Assembly: GCA_963809485.1 (NCBI GenBank) | Contig: CAWEJX010000020.1 | Location: forward strand, 352,001-416,000 | Source: an uncultured Acidobacteriota bacterium | Lineage (GTDB): Bacteria > Acidobacteriota > UBA6911 | Direction of reading: 5' to 3' | DNA length: 64,000 bases | Shown here: one piece after another, positions 27,717 to 37,708 of the stretch | How the letters are laid out: each line of letters begins with the position of its first letter | Position numbering within the stretch: the first letter of the stretch is position 1 | The notes under the pieces: model-generated | Seen by the model: only the letters and a program-made list of their open reading frames with translations | What the model was told of the DNA's origin: nothing | Database searches by the model: none | Made by a program: the position numbers and the translations under genes

Positions 27717-28014
27717 CCGGTTCAGGATCAGACTGATTTGCACGCCCGCGCCCTGAAGGTCCGCCCTCATCAGCGTGTGACAGCATTGCCAAACAATGGA
27801 GCTATCATACACCATGAGCTCCTCGCCAAGGCCGCAAGTTTGCCGGTCTGTCATGCGCCCGGTGTTTCTTGGAATATCGTGCCTTGCAGATTATTCTTGT
27901 TGTCCGGGATTTGAGTGCCTATAAATGGAATAGGAGCCGTTCAGGAGCCCGCCGGCCAGGCGGAGCTTCAGGTTGCAGATGTAATCCGTCCTTCTTCCGG
28001 GGGGGAAATCCATT

Positions 28015-28923
28015 ATGTCCCAACTGTTCATTGGCTATGCCGAAAAGGATCGCCCATTTGTTCTTCACCTGGTCCATGACCTGGAATATCTCAGTAAAGA
28101 CCTGACGATCGACTTCGTCATGATAAAGAGGGAGGACTCGATCATCGAGAAGGTCAAAGAGAGAATGGACGACGCAGACTTCGTAGCGGCCGTAGTCTCA
28201 AGCAATTCCGTTCGCCTGCCTCTTTTCGGCCGCGACCTTGCTACCATGACGAACCAGGAGATATTCGGAAGACCGGTGAGGATCCTGCCGATCCTGCTGG
28301 GCAAGTGCCAAGTTCCGCAATATCTCTCGGACAAGTATCATGCGGATTTTCGGGCTTGCGATTTCTACCTCCAAAGCCTTGCGGGACTGGCGCAGCAATT
28401 GAACATCGATTTCGAACCGTCACGGCCTCCATGGATTCCCGGCGATTCAGAGTATTTCTCAAAATTGCATGATGCCAACAGGGCACGGGGCGAGTTATAC
28501 AACCGGCTCGGCATGAAAATCATGGATTGGGCGGGCAACTATTACAGTAAGCCCCACTACGAGCTTTTTCCTGAAGACTGGCGCAGAGCAGATGACGGAG
28601 CCACCTACGCATGCGACACCGGCAACTATAAATTGTATCAGGACTCAATGAACAACTTGGACAGGATAGAAGCTCGATATTCGGATTTTATGCATCTTTT
28701 TACGCCACGCGGCGTTTTGCAGCGCGAAGCGGTCCGGCTCTTTAGCGAAGCTGCCGGTCTTGGAGACCTCGAGGCCGTATGGAACCTCGGATGGAGATAC
28801 GAGCTGGGCGAGGGAGTCGGGAAAAATCACGATCGTGCAGTGCTGCTGTGGCAGAGGGCTGCGCATTGCAGCCACCGGGCATCAGCCGCCAAGCTAAGAG
28901 AGCTCGGATTGCCCGTGGAATGA
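28015..28923 (+). CDS. TIR domain plus Sel1-like repeat protein
   Basis: N-terminal LFIGYAEKD...ADFVAAVVSSNS...ILPILL...ADF (TIR_2-like); C-terminal AAGLGDLEAVWNLGWRYELGEGVGKNHDRAVLLWQRAA (Sel1). Confidence 0.78.
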   Translation: MSQLFIGYAEKDRPFVLHLVHDLEYLSKDLTIDFVMIKREDSIIEKVKERMDDADFVAAVVSSNSVRLPLFGRDLATMTNQEIFGRPVRILPILLGKCQVPQYLSDKYHADFRACDFYLQSLAGLAQQLNIDFEPSRPPWIPGDSEYFSKLHDANRARGELYNRLGMKIMDWAGNYYSKPHYELFPEDWRRADDGATYACDTGNYKLYQDSMNNLDRIEARYSDFMHLFTPRGVLQREAVRLFSEAAGLGDLEAVWNLGWRYELGEGVGKNHDRAVLLWQRAAHCSHRASAAKLRELGLPVE

Positions 28924-29084
28924 TATGGCGCGGCGCCATCAAGGAGTGCCCTGCGCAGGATCGGGTATCCTCCGGCAGAGCCGGAAGCCTTTCGTTTGAT
29001 GGTTCCTCAAGGGCGCCTGCCCAAAATCGATAAAAGCTTCAAGAGTTATGCGGGCAATAAATGCCTTCAAGGCTTTTTGAGCCG

Positions 29085-29155
29085 CAGAATATCGAATAAA
29101 GAATTATGAATTTCGAAGTCCTTCTGCAGTTCGACATTCAAAATTCGATATTCAG
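29085..29155. repeat. Imperfect intergenic palindrome (REP-like)
   Basis: gaatatcgaat...gaatttcgaa can pair with ttcgacattc...attcgatattc; lies between convergent genes. Confidence 0.5.
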
Positions 29156-29260
29156 CATTTCGCTGTCGAATCCCGTGGAAAAAACATGCTCCGGTATCAG
29201 TCAAACGAATGCCGCCCCACCGGCAGAGTCGGTGGATCTCCCTTTGGATTAGGGCTATGG

Positions 29261-31153
29261 CTAAATGCGCCACTGAGCCAGTCGCGTCATCAGGGTTTCG
29301 CCCTCCGGATGAAAGCGCACCGTTTTGCTTACAAATACACGCCTTCGCAGTCGCGTTATGAACTCCCGGGGAATGACGGAGAGCGGCTGAAGGATGATTC
29401 TCACGGACTTCTTCTCCGCCAGTTTCAGAAGATCCTGTGAAGGTTCCCAGCCGTCACAGGCGGCGATGAGGACAATCCCGGCAGGTGCCCAGCGCACAGC
29501 CCAGGCGGCGCATACCTGAAGCGGGGGGAAAGGGCGCAGTTCAGAATCGCACCCGGGAAGCGTCCGGTTCATTTGATCGCGTTGAAGCCTCCGAGCCACC
29601 GCAGCGTATCGATCCGGGCCGGGCTCCTCAGGGCCGGAGTATAACAGCGCAATCGAGGATGCGTCGTCATAGCAGGCATCCGGTGGGCCATAAGGAACTA
29701 CCGCCCTTCTCGTTGCCAGAAGGGTGTGAATGACGTCGGGTTTCGGGTCTTCATTGTGATCCCATTCCAATCCCAGTTGCTGCCTTCTCGCCGTGGCATT
29801 GGTTTCCTCCACGCTCCGGACATCATGATCGCTTTCCAGCCGCAATATGAAGACCACGGGCGTGAACTCATCGAGCAAGCCTTCCAACGGCGGATCCAGT
29901 GTGGCTTGGCGAACGCTTTGCCGAAATATTTCGCCAACCCGGGCATAAAAGGCAAAATTCTGCGGTATCGACCAGCGGCAATCCATAAAGGACGGCGATG
30001 GAATTTTGGCCTCCATCCGGCTGATCCACGGTGCGGAATCAGGCCCCCAGAACTTGCGCTGCTCGAGTTCAGGTCCCGCATAGAAAGATTCTTTCTCGGC
30101 TGCAGCAAGCGGGTAATACGGAATTGCATGGGCCGAGTCCGGCAGGGTGAATGCGGATGCCGGTTCTTCTTCGATGTGATCATCTTTTATGGCGCTGAAT
30201 GCAGGCAGATAGCCGGTGGCGTGGTCCAGAGCTGGCATCGGATAATCCAGCAATGATTTTGCAAGCCCGGTGACCCTCTCATGTCCATATAGGGCTTCCG
30301 ATCTTTCCAGGACATCCATCGCGGCCCGCGGCGTTCCGGATGGCAGCTTGGTACCCGCACAACCATGTCTTCGAAGAAGGGCCAACAGCTGCGATCGTTT
30401 ATGGAACTTTTCCGTTTTCCCCGCCTGAACATGTCCGAAAAACCGGAGATTCAGGGCCGGGAAATCGTCCATAAACCCGCAACTCCATAGCTGCTGCGGA
30501 TCCTCAAAAATCAGGGCAATGGGGGTCTGCAAGGGATCCGGATTCTCAAACGGTTCTTCCGAACCCAGCATTTTTTTCACCCAACGCCATCGTTTCCATT
30601 CGCACACAAATAAAATCCGTCGGCACCCATCCATCAAATGCTGCAAACGGTACGCAATCCTCGCGGCAGATGCCGGATTATTTTGCCGCGCGCCCGAATC
30701 CGGCCCCCGCTCATCCCATACTCCATTAAAATATGAATCCAAAGATATATGGCTCAGTTCCCAATCATCCAGTAACCCGGCGTCGCCGGCGCATAGCAGC
30801 GGCTCCGGATCAAAGCCCTCGTCAATGCATTCAAAGGGAATATTTCGGGCCCTTGCCTGATGCGCTGCAAGCATCGGAGCGTCGGTCACAACAAACGGCA
30901 GAAAGCGGATTCCATGCGACGGGTGGCTGATAAAAAGGGCTGTGGCCAATGGAAAGGATTGGAGCGCGGCATCAAGCAGCCGGCTTTTATTGAGGTAAAG
31001 CGGCAAATCGACCGCCAGAATATCGGGCTGAAGCGTCTGGACCGCGTGCGCCGCAGCCTGCGCGAACATTAAACGGCCATGGACATAGGGGACCACAAAC
31101 AGTTTCGGGAAGTCTGGAAACGTCAATGGACGCGGAATTGCACACTTGCGCAT
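29261..31153 (-). CDS. Uncharacterised 630-aa protein, paralogue of 9089-10999
   Basis: PYVHGRLMFA, PDILAVDLP, ILFVCEW, EDPQQLWSCGFMDD, TPVVF, RYAA, AWA and HPE blocks are shared with 9089-10999. Confidence 0.72.
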   Translation of the reverse strand: MRKCAIPRPLTFPDFPKLFVVPYVHGRLMFAQAAAHAVQTLQPDILAVDLPLYLNKSRLLDAALQSFPLATALFISHPSHGIRFLPFVVTDAPMLAAHQARARNIPFECIDEGFDPEPLLCAGDAGLLDDWELSHISLDSYFNGVWDERGPDSGARQNNPASAARIAYRLQHLMDGCRRILFVCEWKRWRWVKKMLGSEEPFENPDPLQTPIALIFEDPQQLWSCGFMDDFPALNLRFFGHVQAGKTEKFHKRSQLLALLRRHGCAGTKLPSGTPRAAMDVLERSEALYGHERVTGLAKSLLDYPMPALDHATGYLPAFSAIKDDHIEEEPASAFTLPDSAHAIPYYPLAAAEKESFYAGPELEQRKFWGPDSAPWISRMEAKIPSPSFMDCRWSIPQNFAFYARVGEIFRQSVRQATLDPPLEGLLDEFTPVVFILRLESDHDVRSVEETNATARRQQLGLEWDHNEDPKPDVIHTLLATRRAVVPYGPPDACYDDASSIALLYSGPEEPGPDRYAAVARRLQRDQMNRTLPGCDSELRPFPPLQVCAAWAVRWAPAGIVLIAACDGWEPSQDLLKLAEKKSVRIILQPLSVIPREFITRLRRRVFVSKTVRFHPEGETLMTRLAQWRI

Positions 31154-31244
31154 GGCTGTACCTCTTTGTTAAATGCATTGAGTCGCACTCCCCTCAATAA
31201 TCAGCATTGATCAGCACTGTCGTCATCCCACACCACCGTCGCCA

Positions 31245-31443
31245 AGTCAGGCACCTCCGGCAAAGCCGGAGGCAATATTTGAACCGCTCTGAGCCGTTGG
31301 AGGAGTTATGCCGATCTTGAACGCTGACATACGCGAGCAAAAGCCGATGAGGCGCTTCCGATCCCCGCCGGACAAATCGGCGTTTGTCAGCGTTTTTTGT
31401 CAGCGTATCTCAGCGTTTCAAAATACGGAGCTGTCAAACTCTG
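31245..31443. mobile_element. Non-autonomous IS200/IS605-like palindromic element, copy 2 (one end truncated)
   Basis: agtcaggcacctccggcaaagccggaggc...cagcgtttcaaaatacggagctgtcaaact, as in copies 1 and 3. It supplies the stop codon of 31434-33059. Confidence 0.7.
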
Positions 31444-33059
31444 TGCGGCTGCCCGCCTGCCGCAACCTCCTCCATGATAGAATCAAAATGCGCATTGCGG
31501 TCCGATTCCGCCCTGGTTTCCGCTGACACCCACCTTTCAGCCGCACAGAACGGATCCGAGAGATCGATATAGCGCCGGTTTTCCGGATCCCGGACCGATT
31601 GCCAGGAACAGGTTACCCCCGGATGATTGTGCAGCTTTTGTACAGCCTTTCCGCGAATTGCCGCGCGGCCGCTGGCCGGGGGCTCGGTCATTGCGGTTTC
31701 AATCTCACTTGGGGCAAGGATCCTGTGCTCCAGCATCCCAGTCTGATCGAGCTGCTGATATAAGCCGCGGGGGCCTATCTGGGCGAGGCGCAGGTCCACT
31801 TCCAGCAGTTTATGACGCATTGAATCCGGAGTCTGGAGATCGCCCCAGGTCATGCCGGTCCTGCGCAATTCCGCAGTCAGCATAGCCGCGGTTTCCAGGA
31901 CAGGACTTCCGGGGCCGATGAGGAATTTCAAGTCCGGCAAATGATTGACATAGGAAGTTCCTTCAAGGGCTTCGTATAACCGGTGCTCAATCCCATTTGC
32001 TATGAACAGCGGAACGGCGTGAATGCCGCTGTCTTTATGCAGTTTTTCGAACAACTGGGCTTTGAACGGCCAATCGAGCACTCGTGCCAGTTTCTCCGGA
32101 CCGGCCCGGAGTCCATCCAGAGTCCTGCGCCATGTCTCACAGACCTGTGGGGCAAAGGAAGGCATGTATTCATGATGCTGGTGACGCTCGGCGAGTTCTA
32201 GATAGTGCGCCTGGAGATCGACTGCCGTGATCGTGCGGCCATCGGCCAAAGACAGCGGATGTTGCAGATCCCCTGAAACGCGGTGAAGGGCCTGAACAGG
32301 ATCCTGCAGTTGAACCTTCCGGCCGGGTTCAAGACCCGCTTCGGCCATGGCCACCACCAGCGAGGTTGCACCGAGCTTCAAATAAAGCGCTGTCTCGCTA
32401 TGTAAAGATTCCCCGCATATGACATGAAGCCGCCAGTAGCCGGGGCCGGCCAGGCTCTCGTCGCGCGTGTGAAAAATTCCACGGTAACAGCCGGTTGAAT
32501 CATCACTGATGGGCTTCGAAAAGAAGAGAGAGCGAGGCGATAGGCAGAATGCCAGCCGGTTCGGTGAAAATGGACTGAAGCCGCCCGCTCCTGTGTAGAT
32601 GATTCTTGTTACCAGATGCGGGATGAGGTCCGGGGCCAGGGAGTCGGGCCGGGTCCGGGTCAGGTAGGATTCATGCTGCCCCCATGTGCTGGGCACTCCG
32701 CCGTTCAAACCTACATTCGACCGGAAAAGACTGATCTCGCAGTCGCCGTCCCGTTCCTCGAGCGCGGTCGCCAATTCGTTCAGCAGGTTCTCTCCAGCTT
32801 TCACCTGGGCGACCGCCTCACGCAAATCGGGGGTTTCGGCTGCACACCATTCGGGGTGCCCGCCGGTATCGACATAAAATCGAGCGCCGGAGGTTGTAAA
32901 GATCCCCTTGCCGCATGTTGCGGGCAGAAACCGCCAGCGTTCTATCGCCAGAGCGGTGAGCCGCTGGAGAATGGTCTGGCGGTCCATCGGAACGCCCTCC
33001 TTTGATGTTGCGGACACTGCAAATTCCGTTTCTATCCCCATGATTCGGTCCGTCGGCAT
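31434..33059 (-). CDS. PafA/Dop-family (Pup ligase-like) protein, paralogue 3
   Basis: RIMGIETEFA, SGARFYVDTGGHPE, GQHESYL, HTRDE, RLHVICGES, LDW and DLSDPF. Confidence 0.88.
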   Translation of the reverse strand: MPTDRIMGIETEFAVSATSKEGVPMDRQTILQRLTALAIERWRFLPATCGKGIFTTSGARFYVDTGGHPEWCAAETPDLREAVAQVKAGENLLNELATALEERDGDCEISLFRSNVGLNGGVPSTWGQHESYLTRTRPDSLAPDLIPHLVTRIIYTGAGGFSPFSPNRLAFCLSPRSLFFSKPISDDSTGCYRGIFHTRDESLAGPGYWRLHVICGESLHSETALYLKLGATSLVVAMAEAGLEPGRKVQLQDPVQALHRVSGDLQHPLSLADGRTITAVDLQAHYLELAERHQHHEYMPSFAPQVCETWRRTLDGLRAGPEKLARVLDWPFKAQLFEKLHKDSGIHAVPLFIANGIEHRLYEALEGTSYVNHLPDLKFLIGPGSPVLETAAMLTAELRRTGMTWGDLQTPDSMRHKLLEVDLRLAQIGPRGLYQQLDQTGMLEHRILAPSEIETAMTEPPASGRAAIRGKAVQKLHNHPGVTCSWQSVRDPENRRYIDLSDPFCAAERWVSAETRAESDRNAHFDSIMEEVAAGGQPHRV

Positions 33060-33228
33060 GATTATGGGCCTCTCCTTGTTGCCTCGACAGGGTCCCCGAA
33101 GTCCGTGCTCAGCAAAGGGTGCATGAGAACCTCAGAAAGCTGTTTTTCTATCGGCTCAACCTTCCACATTCCTGAATGCATCAAGTGCCCGGCGCGAGGT
33201 TGCCGCTAAAGCCTCAGTTGACAAACCG

Positions 33229-34326
33229 CTATAGAAGCCGCCGCCGCTCGTCTTCGGAAACCGGGGGACCTTCCATAACTTCAATGATCCGGCAGCCACG
33301 ACGGCTGGCGGCATCGATCAGGTCTATATAGTGCAACTCCCCGATCTCCTGCAGAGCGCTCTTGACCATGCCCTTGTATTTCCGGGTGATCCCGGCCGTT
33401 TCCGAGTCCAGGTAAATATTCAACGCCGCTCTGGCAATCATTGATTCTTCCTTGCTGGACTTGGCTTCCTGGAGGTCGTCAATATCATCCCGAATCCATG
33501 TCTCAACCAGGCGGCGGTGTTTTGAGGTCGCGTCCACCCATGTGTTCTGCGGGTTAAGCTCGAAAATGGACCTCTGAACAGGGATGCAGTCGTCGCAAAT
33601 GCCGTCGAAAAACTCGAAGCGCGTGTCGAGCATGACCATTACGGGCACTCCCTCATCCAGGATGACCTCCCGGGCAGCCTGAAACCATTCCGCCTCGATT
33701 TCGGGATACACAATTTCATCCTTCTCTATCAGCATCGTTCCCAGGGACAGGGAGTCCCATGGGTCCCCCCCGGTCCACATACCGATCGTGCGGCCGTCCG
33801 GCAATAGCATGAAATCAGGTATCAGGCAAAACGCACCTAGATTCCTGCTGATGACCTCCTCCCTGTTAAATTTGAACATGGTGAGTTCTGTCGCCCGCGC
33901 GACGCGAGCTTGCGGCTGATGCAACACAAATGCCAGGGATGCATCCATCCGCAGCAGGTCGTGGATCCGGGTGCCCTGGGGCAGAAGCCTGTGAATCCGA
34001 GCCATTTGATCTGCCGAGGGCTCGGCATCGCTGCCATGCTTGTACAGGCTTGAGACAGTAGAAAAACCCGACGGTATGGAGCATTCCGGTTTATGGAATC
34101 CTTCGGGGGACGTTTTGTTTTGAGGCTGTGAGGCATCCGGAGCAGCGGCACTCGTCTCCGCGCGGTCCCGGCGTCCTTCAATGGACCCGATGATGAAGAA
34201 TAAACATAAGGTCGCTACCAAAACGGCGAATGACAGCAACAATTTGGGGCCGTCAATCACTATAGTTAGGTCGTCGTCGGGCGTTTTGCTTTTTGCATTC
34301 GGCGGTTTCATAAAGGCCCCTTTCAC
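33229..34326 (-). CDS. Membrane-anchored hypothetical protein
   Basis: Single N-terminal TM (LLLSFAVLVATLCLFFIIG) and a low-complexity linker; overlaps the stop of the upstream gene (GTGA). Confidence 0.6.
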   Translation of the reverse strand: MKGAFMKPPNAKSKTPDDDLTIVIDGPKLLLSFAVLVATLCLFFIIGSIEGRRDRAETSAAAPDASQPQNKTSPEGFHKPECSIPSGFSTVSSLYKHGSDAEPSADQMARIHRLLPQGTRIHDLLRMDASLAFVLHQPQARVARATELTMFKFNREEVISRNLGAFCLIPDFMLLPDGRTIGMWTGGDPWDSLSLGTMLIEKDEIVYPEIEAEWFQAAREVILDEGVPVMVMLDTRFEFFDGICDDCIPVQRSIFELNPQNTWVDATSKHRRLVETWIRDDIDDLQEAKSSKEESMIARAALNIYLDSETAGITRKYKGMVKSALQEIGELHYIDLIDAASRRGCRIIEVMEGPPVSEDERRRLL

Positions 34327-37300
34327 AGAGTGATCACGGCGCGAAATCCATGCGCCCGGCCCCTTCCATCATCATCCGCGTCGATCCAATCCACGGATTG
34401 AAGCTTGTCCGCCCCGTTGTTGCCCCTGCTTCCGACAAGAGCACGCTGACCGCCGGGATTCCGGTCGCGCGTCCATTCCCCGGATGCGGAGACCGCCCAA
34501 TCAGGGACAGACTCACCCAGACGGCGCCGGTAATGAATCAGGTTCCCCATAAGGTTCCACTCGAGGGCGGATGGCAGTCCCACAACCGTGCAATCCAGTC
34601 CAAGCAGCTTCGCGGTTTCCGGAAGAGCATTTCTCTGAAGGACATTCCACGAAACCAATTTGGGCCGGTTGCACAGCCGTTCGGAAGGCTTCTCCACATA
34701 TCTGTGTTCGGTCGATCTCCGGCCATGGGTCCGCAACTCGACCGCCACCCAACGCCCTGTCATCCTGGAGGATCCATTGGGGCCCGATGCCCGGCAGGGA
34801 TTTTCCAGCGGGTAATGCCATTCGGGATATTTCCGGAAGGGCTCCATCCCCTCCAAATCAAGTGAGGGGAGATAGAAAATATCAAAATCCAGCGACCTCA
34901 GTTGCTCGTATTTTTCAATGGATACATCTTCGGGCACGGGATGCATCTCACAGGACCGGCCCAAAAATCCGCCGAGCCATTGAAACATTCTGTATCGGAT
35001 GATTTGGCGCAACAACCAGCCGGGAGTGTGGTCAAAAAGCCCGGCGATATCCGAAACTTCACCACGCTCGGCCAACCACTTCGCCAGTGTTTGAAGCTTT
35101 TTCCGAACGGGCCAGTGTCCGCGGTAATTCAAATGGTGCGCATTCTGACGGGCTTTCTCCGATTCGAGGGCCAGGCGGGCAATGCGCACAAATCTTTCAT
35201 CATCGGGATAGAACTCTGCCGGCGTGCTTTCCCCGAGATGCACCTTTCGCCCCTCCGATACATCCTTCACCAGACGCGCTGCAACCTGCCGTATCGAGTC
35301 CTCGAGCGACAGGCCAATATCGGTGTTCTTCACAACCTTGTATTGGGAGGCATGCTGTTCCAGCCTCCCGTAGAAAGCATCTGCTTTTTGTCGGATATGG
35401 GAAAGCTCTCCGCCGGTTGCGGCTTCCTGCATCATCCGGAGCCAGGCATCATTGCTCTGGGACAGGCTGAGAATTTCTTTGTAGCCGCGCAATTCCCCCA
35501 GCGCTTCAGTCTCGCCCAACAGGGCTCCCATGGAGGGGCGGACTTGCGAATAATACGGCTCCTTTAGCCTCAGGCCCGACAGTTCCTGCTCCAGTAATCC
35601 CTCGGTGACCTTGAAGATGCTGTAAGCCGCTCCCATGAAGGCGTTCATTTCGACAAACGACCGTACCCAGAGCAGAAACGCGTCGGGATTCAGGGTGAAG
35701 CTGTTGCAGCTTTCCAGATAGCTCTGCACGGCAGCCAGCCGTTCTCCGTGTAACGCTTCCAACTGCTCCAGCGTCATTGCGCGAATTTTGAGTCGCCACT
35801 GCCAGATATCATGGAAATCGACCCAATGGATTGCGTCCCGTATTTCGGCCCGGACAGGCGCAGCAATGCGTTTGCCGAAATGAGCATGGCACTCGCGGTA
35901 AATTTCCTGCATGAATATGCCGACGGGGTGCTTCGGCTTCCCGATCCAGCGGCGTCCATCCGGTCCGGCGCATGTCTGTCCCGTCCTTGCAGCCTCATCC
36001 CAGGATTCGTCCTCTGATTCGCTGTCAACGGTCCCGTAGGAAGGCTGCAGGTTCCGGACCTGGAAAAGCCAATCCTTCGGAACCTGGCCGAGAAATACAA
36101 ACCTCTGGGTTGCATCCAGGGTAACCAGCTGGTTCTCGTAAGCCCTGAGGATGCCGGTGGCGCCGGATGCTCCCGTAATGGCCGCCTTGCCCTGTTCACG
36201 CATGACAATAGCGGTGTGACATCCCGGGCTGCCGATTTCCGTAATGGCCCCGGCGCAGCGACCGAGAACCCGTTCCCACAGGTTGGTGGTATTGGGAACA
36301 ACCAGAATGTCGCCCGGCCACACCTTCTGTTCAGCCTCATCCAGGGATCCTGCGACACACAATCTTCCGTCGGCGACGCCGGGGGATGCCGTAAAGCCTC
36401 CAAGGAACCAGCGCGACCGGCTGCAAGCGCGATCCAGACTCACTGCGACAAGACTGCACGTTTCCTCTCCCCACGCGGTCTCGGGCCTCACCTGCAATAT
36501 GGCGATTCTCCCATCGGCCTCGACGGCGAACTCCACATCCACATACTTCACCTGCTGATTGCCGCCAAAATAGTCCCCGATATAGCGGACCCGATGAGCC
36601 AGGCCCCTCACCTCGGTGGAACTCAATGCGAAATTGGCTCGTTCTTCAAACTCCGTCACGCAGGCGACGGTTGTGCCGAGCAAACCATCGAAGAATATCT
36701 TTTCGGATTTCTCGCCGAGAGTGCGTTTCACGATAGTCAAATCTACCGGATCGACAATCCATACGTCGGGTGTCGCAGATCCGCGGACCTCCCCCTCGCC
36801 CAGTCCATAATTGGCATGAATGCGGATCATGGGGGCTCCGGTCTCGAGATCCACCGTGAAGGCGGTGCCCGCCGCCCGCGCGTCTACCATTCTTTGCAGT
36901 ATGACGGCCATTTCCGTTCCGGCATGTTTGATGCCGCGGGAGTTGCGATAATGGACCGCGTTGATCCCGAACGCGGATATCCAAACCCTGCGCACAGATT
37001 CGATCACGGATTGAAGGCTTCCCTGATTCAGGCAAGTTTCATACTGGCCGGCAAAGGACGCCACCTGACCGTCTTCTGCCTTGGCCGAACTGCGCACGCT
37101 CACGCGGAAATGATCCCCGGCAAACCCGGCCCTCAGGGCATCATAGCCAGCTTTGATGCTTGCGGCAGTGCTTTCGGGAATGCCGGCAGCCTTCATCGCC
37201 TGCCGGATTTTCTCCGCCTGGCCATGGACCTGCTCTTCATCCCTCAGGCCATCCAGGTCGGCGATCAAGCAGGTCAGCTCTGGATTTTCGTTGAAAAAGC

Positions 37301-37475
37301 AGCGATAGGCTTCCGTGGTAATGACGAAAGCAGGAGGTATCCGAACACCGGGAAGAGGCAGTAGTTTCGCAAGATTTGCCGCTTTGCCGCCGACAAGGGA
37401 AAAATCTCTTGCCGCCTCGTCATAAAGCGTCACAACCAGCGGTTTGTTTGAGAATGTTTTGGAGGGATCGGACAT
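34323..37475 (-). CDS. PEP synthase/PPDK-like protein (ATP-grasp plus His swivel domain) with a non-canonical C-terminal half
   Basis: VGGKAANL, VRSSAKAED..ASFAGQYET, YGLGE, DVEFA, LQVRPET and the phospho-His motif GSPGCHTAI. No PEP-binding barrel motifs follow. Confidence 0.8.
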   Translation of the reverse strand: MSDPSKTFSNKPLVVTLYDEAARDFSLVGGKAANLAKLLPLPGVRIPPAFVITTEAYRCFFNENPELTCLIADLDGLRDEEQVHGQAEKIRQAMKAAGIPESTAASIKAGYDALRAGFAGDHFRVSVRSSAKAEDGQVASFAGQYETCLNQGSLQSVIESVRRVWISAFGINAVHYRNSRGIKHAGTEMAVILQRMVDARAAGTAFTVDLETGAPMIRIHANYGLGEGEVRGSATPDVWIVDPVDLTIVKRTLGEKSEKIFFDGLLGTTVACVTEFEERANFALSSTEVRGLAHRVRYIGDYFGGNQQVKYVDVEFAVEADGRIAILQVRPETAWGEETCSLVAVSLDRACSRSRWFLGGFTASPGVADGRLCVAGSLDEAEQKVWPGDILVVPNTTNLWERVLGRCAGAITEIGSPGCHTAIVMREQGKAAITGASGATGILRAYENQLVTLDATQRFVFLGQVPKDWLFQVRNLQPSYGTVDSESEDESWDEAARTGQTCAGPDGRRWIGKPKHPVGIFMQEIYRECHAHFGKRIAAPVRAEIRDAIHWVDFHDIWQWRLKIRAMTLEQLEALHGERLAAVQSYLESCNSFTLNPDAFLLWVRSFVEMNAFMGAAYSIFKVTEGLLEQELSGLRLKEPYYSQVRPSMGALLGETEALGELRGYKEILSLSQSNDAWLRMMQEAATGGELSHIRQKADAFYGRLEQHASQYKVVKNTDIGLSLEDSIRQVAARLVKDVSEGRKVHLGESTPAEFYPDDERFVRIARLALESEKARQNAHHLNYRGHWPVRKKLQTLAKWLAERGEVSDIAGLFDHTPGWLLRQIIRYRMFQWLGGFLGRSCEMHPVPEDVSIEKYEQLRSLDFDIFYLPSLDLEGMEPFRKYPEWHYPLENPCRASGPNGSSRMTGRWVAVELRTHGRRSTEHRYVEKPSERLCNRPKLVSWNVLQRNALPETAKLLGLDCTVVGLPSALEWNLMGNLIHYRRRLGESVPDWAVSASGEWTRDRNPGGQRALVGSRGNNGADKLQSVDWIDADDDGRGRAHGFRAVITL

Positions 37476-37708
37476 ATTTCAAGCCCCGTTAAATCAAGCT
37501 GCTTTCAAGCCTGAGCACAGCATTGGGATTCCTTCCAGGCGCCAAATAGATTTCTTCGCTCCGGCCCGCATCGCATCTCTTATGCCGCCTCTGACCCCTT
37601 TAGCTTAAAACAGCCATCGCAGCCAACCTGCAGAAGCGGGCAAGTCACACAACAATGCTATGCAACCCGCTCAAGTTCATGGGCATAGAGCAGCGACAAA
37701 TTTTCAGA

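Noticed and set aside
31434-31500. GGQ near the end of PafA paralogue 3 (AAGGQPHRV) as a fused Pup tail
   Set aside because: It is not terminal, lacks the F-x5-Q-x-GGQ spacing, and the last codons come from the inserted element.
33062-33181. 39-aa ORF just upstream of PafA paralogue 3 as a second Pup
   Set aside because: It ends RRGP rather than GGQ/GGE and has no Pup-like composition or clear RBS.
9089-37475. 20S proteasome subunits or an integrase/transposase for the island
   Set aside because: No ORF with an Ntn-hydrolase (TT...) or recombinase/transposase signature was seen.
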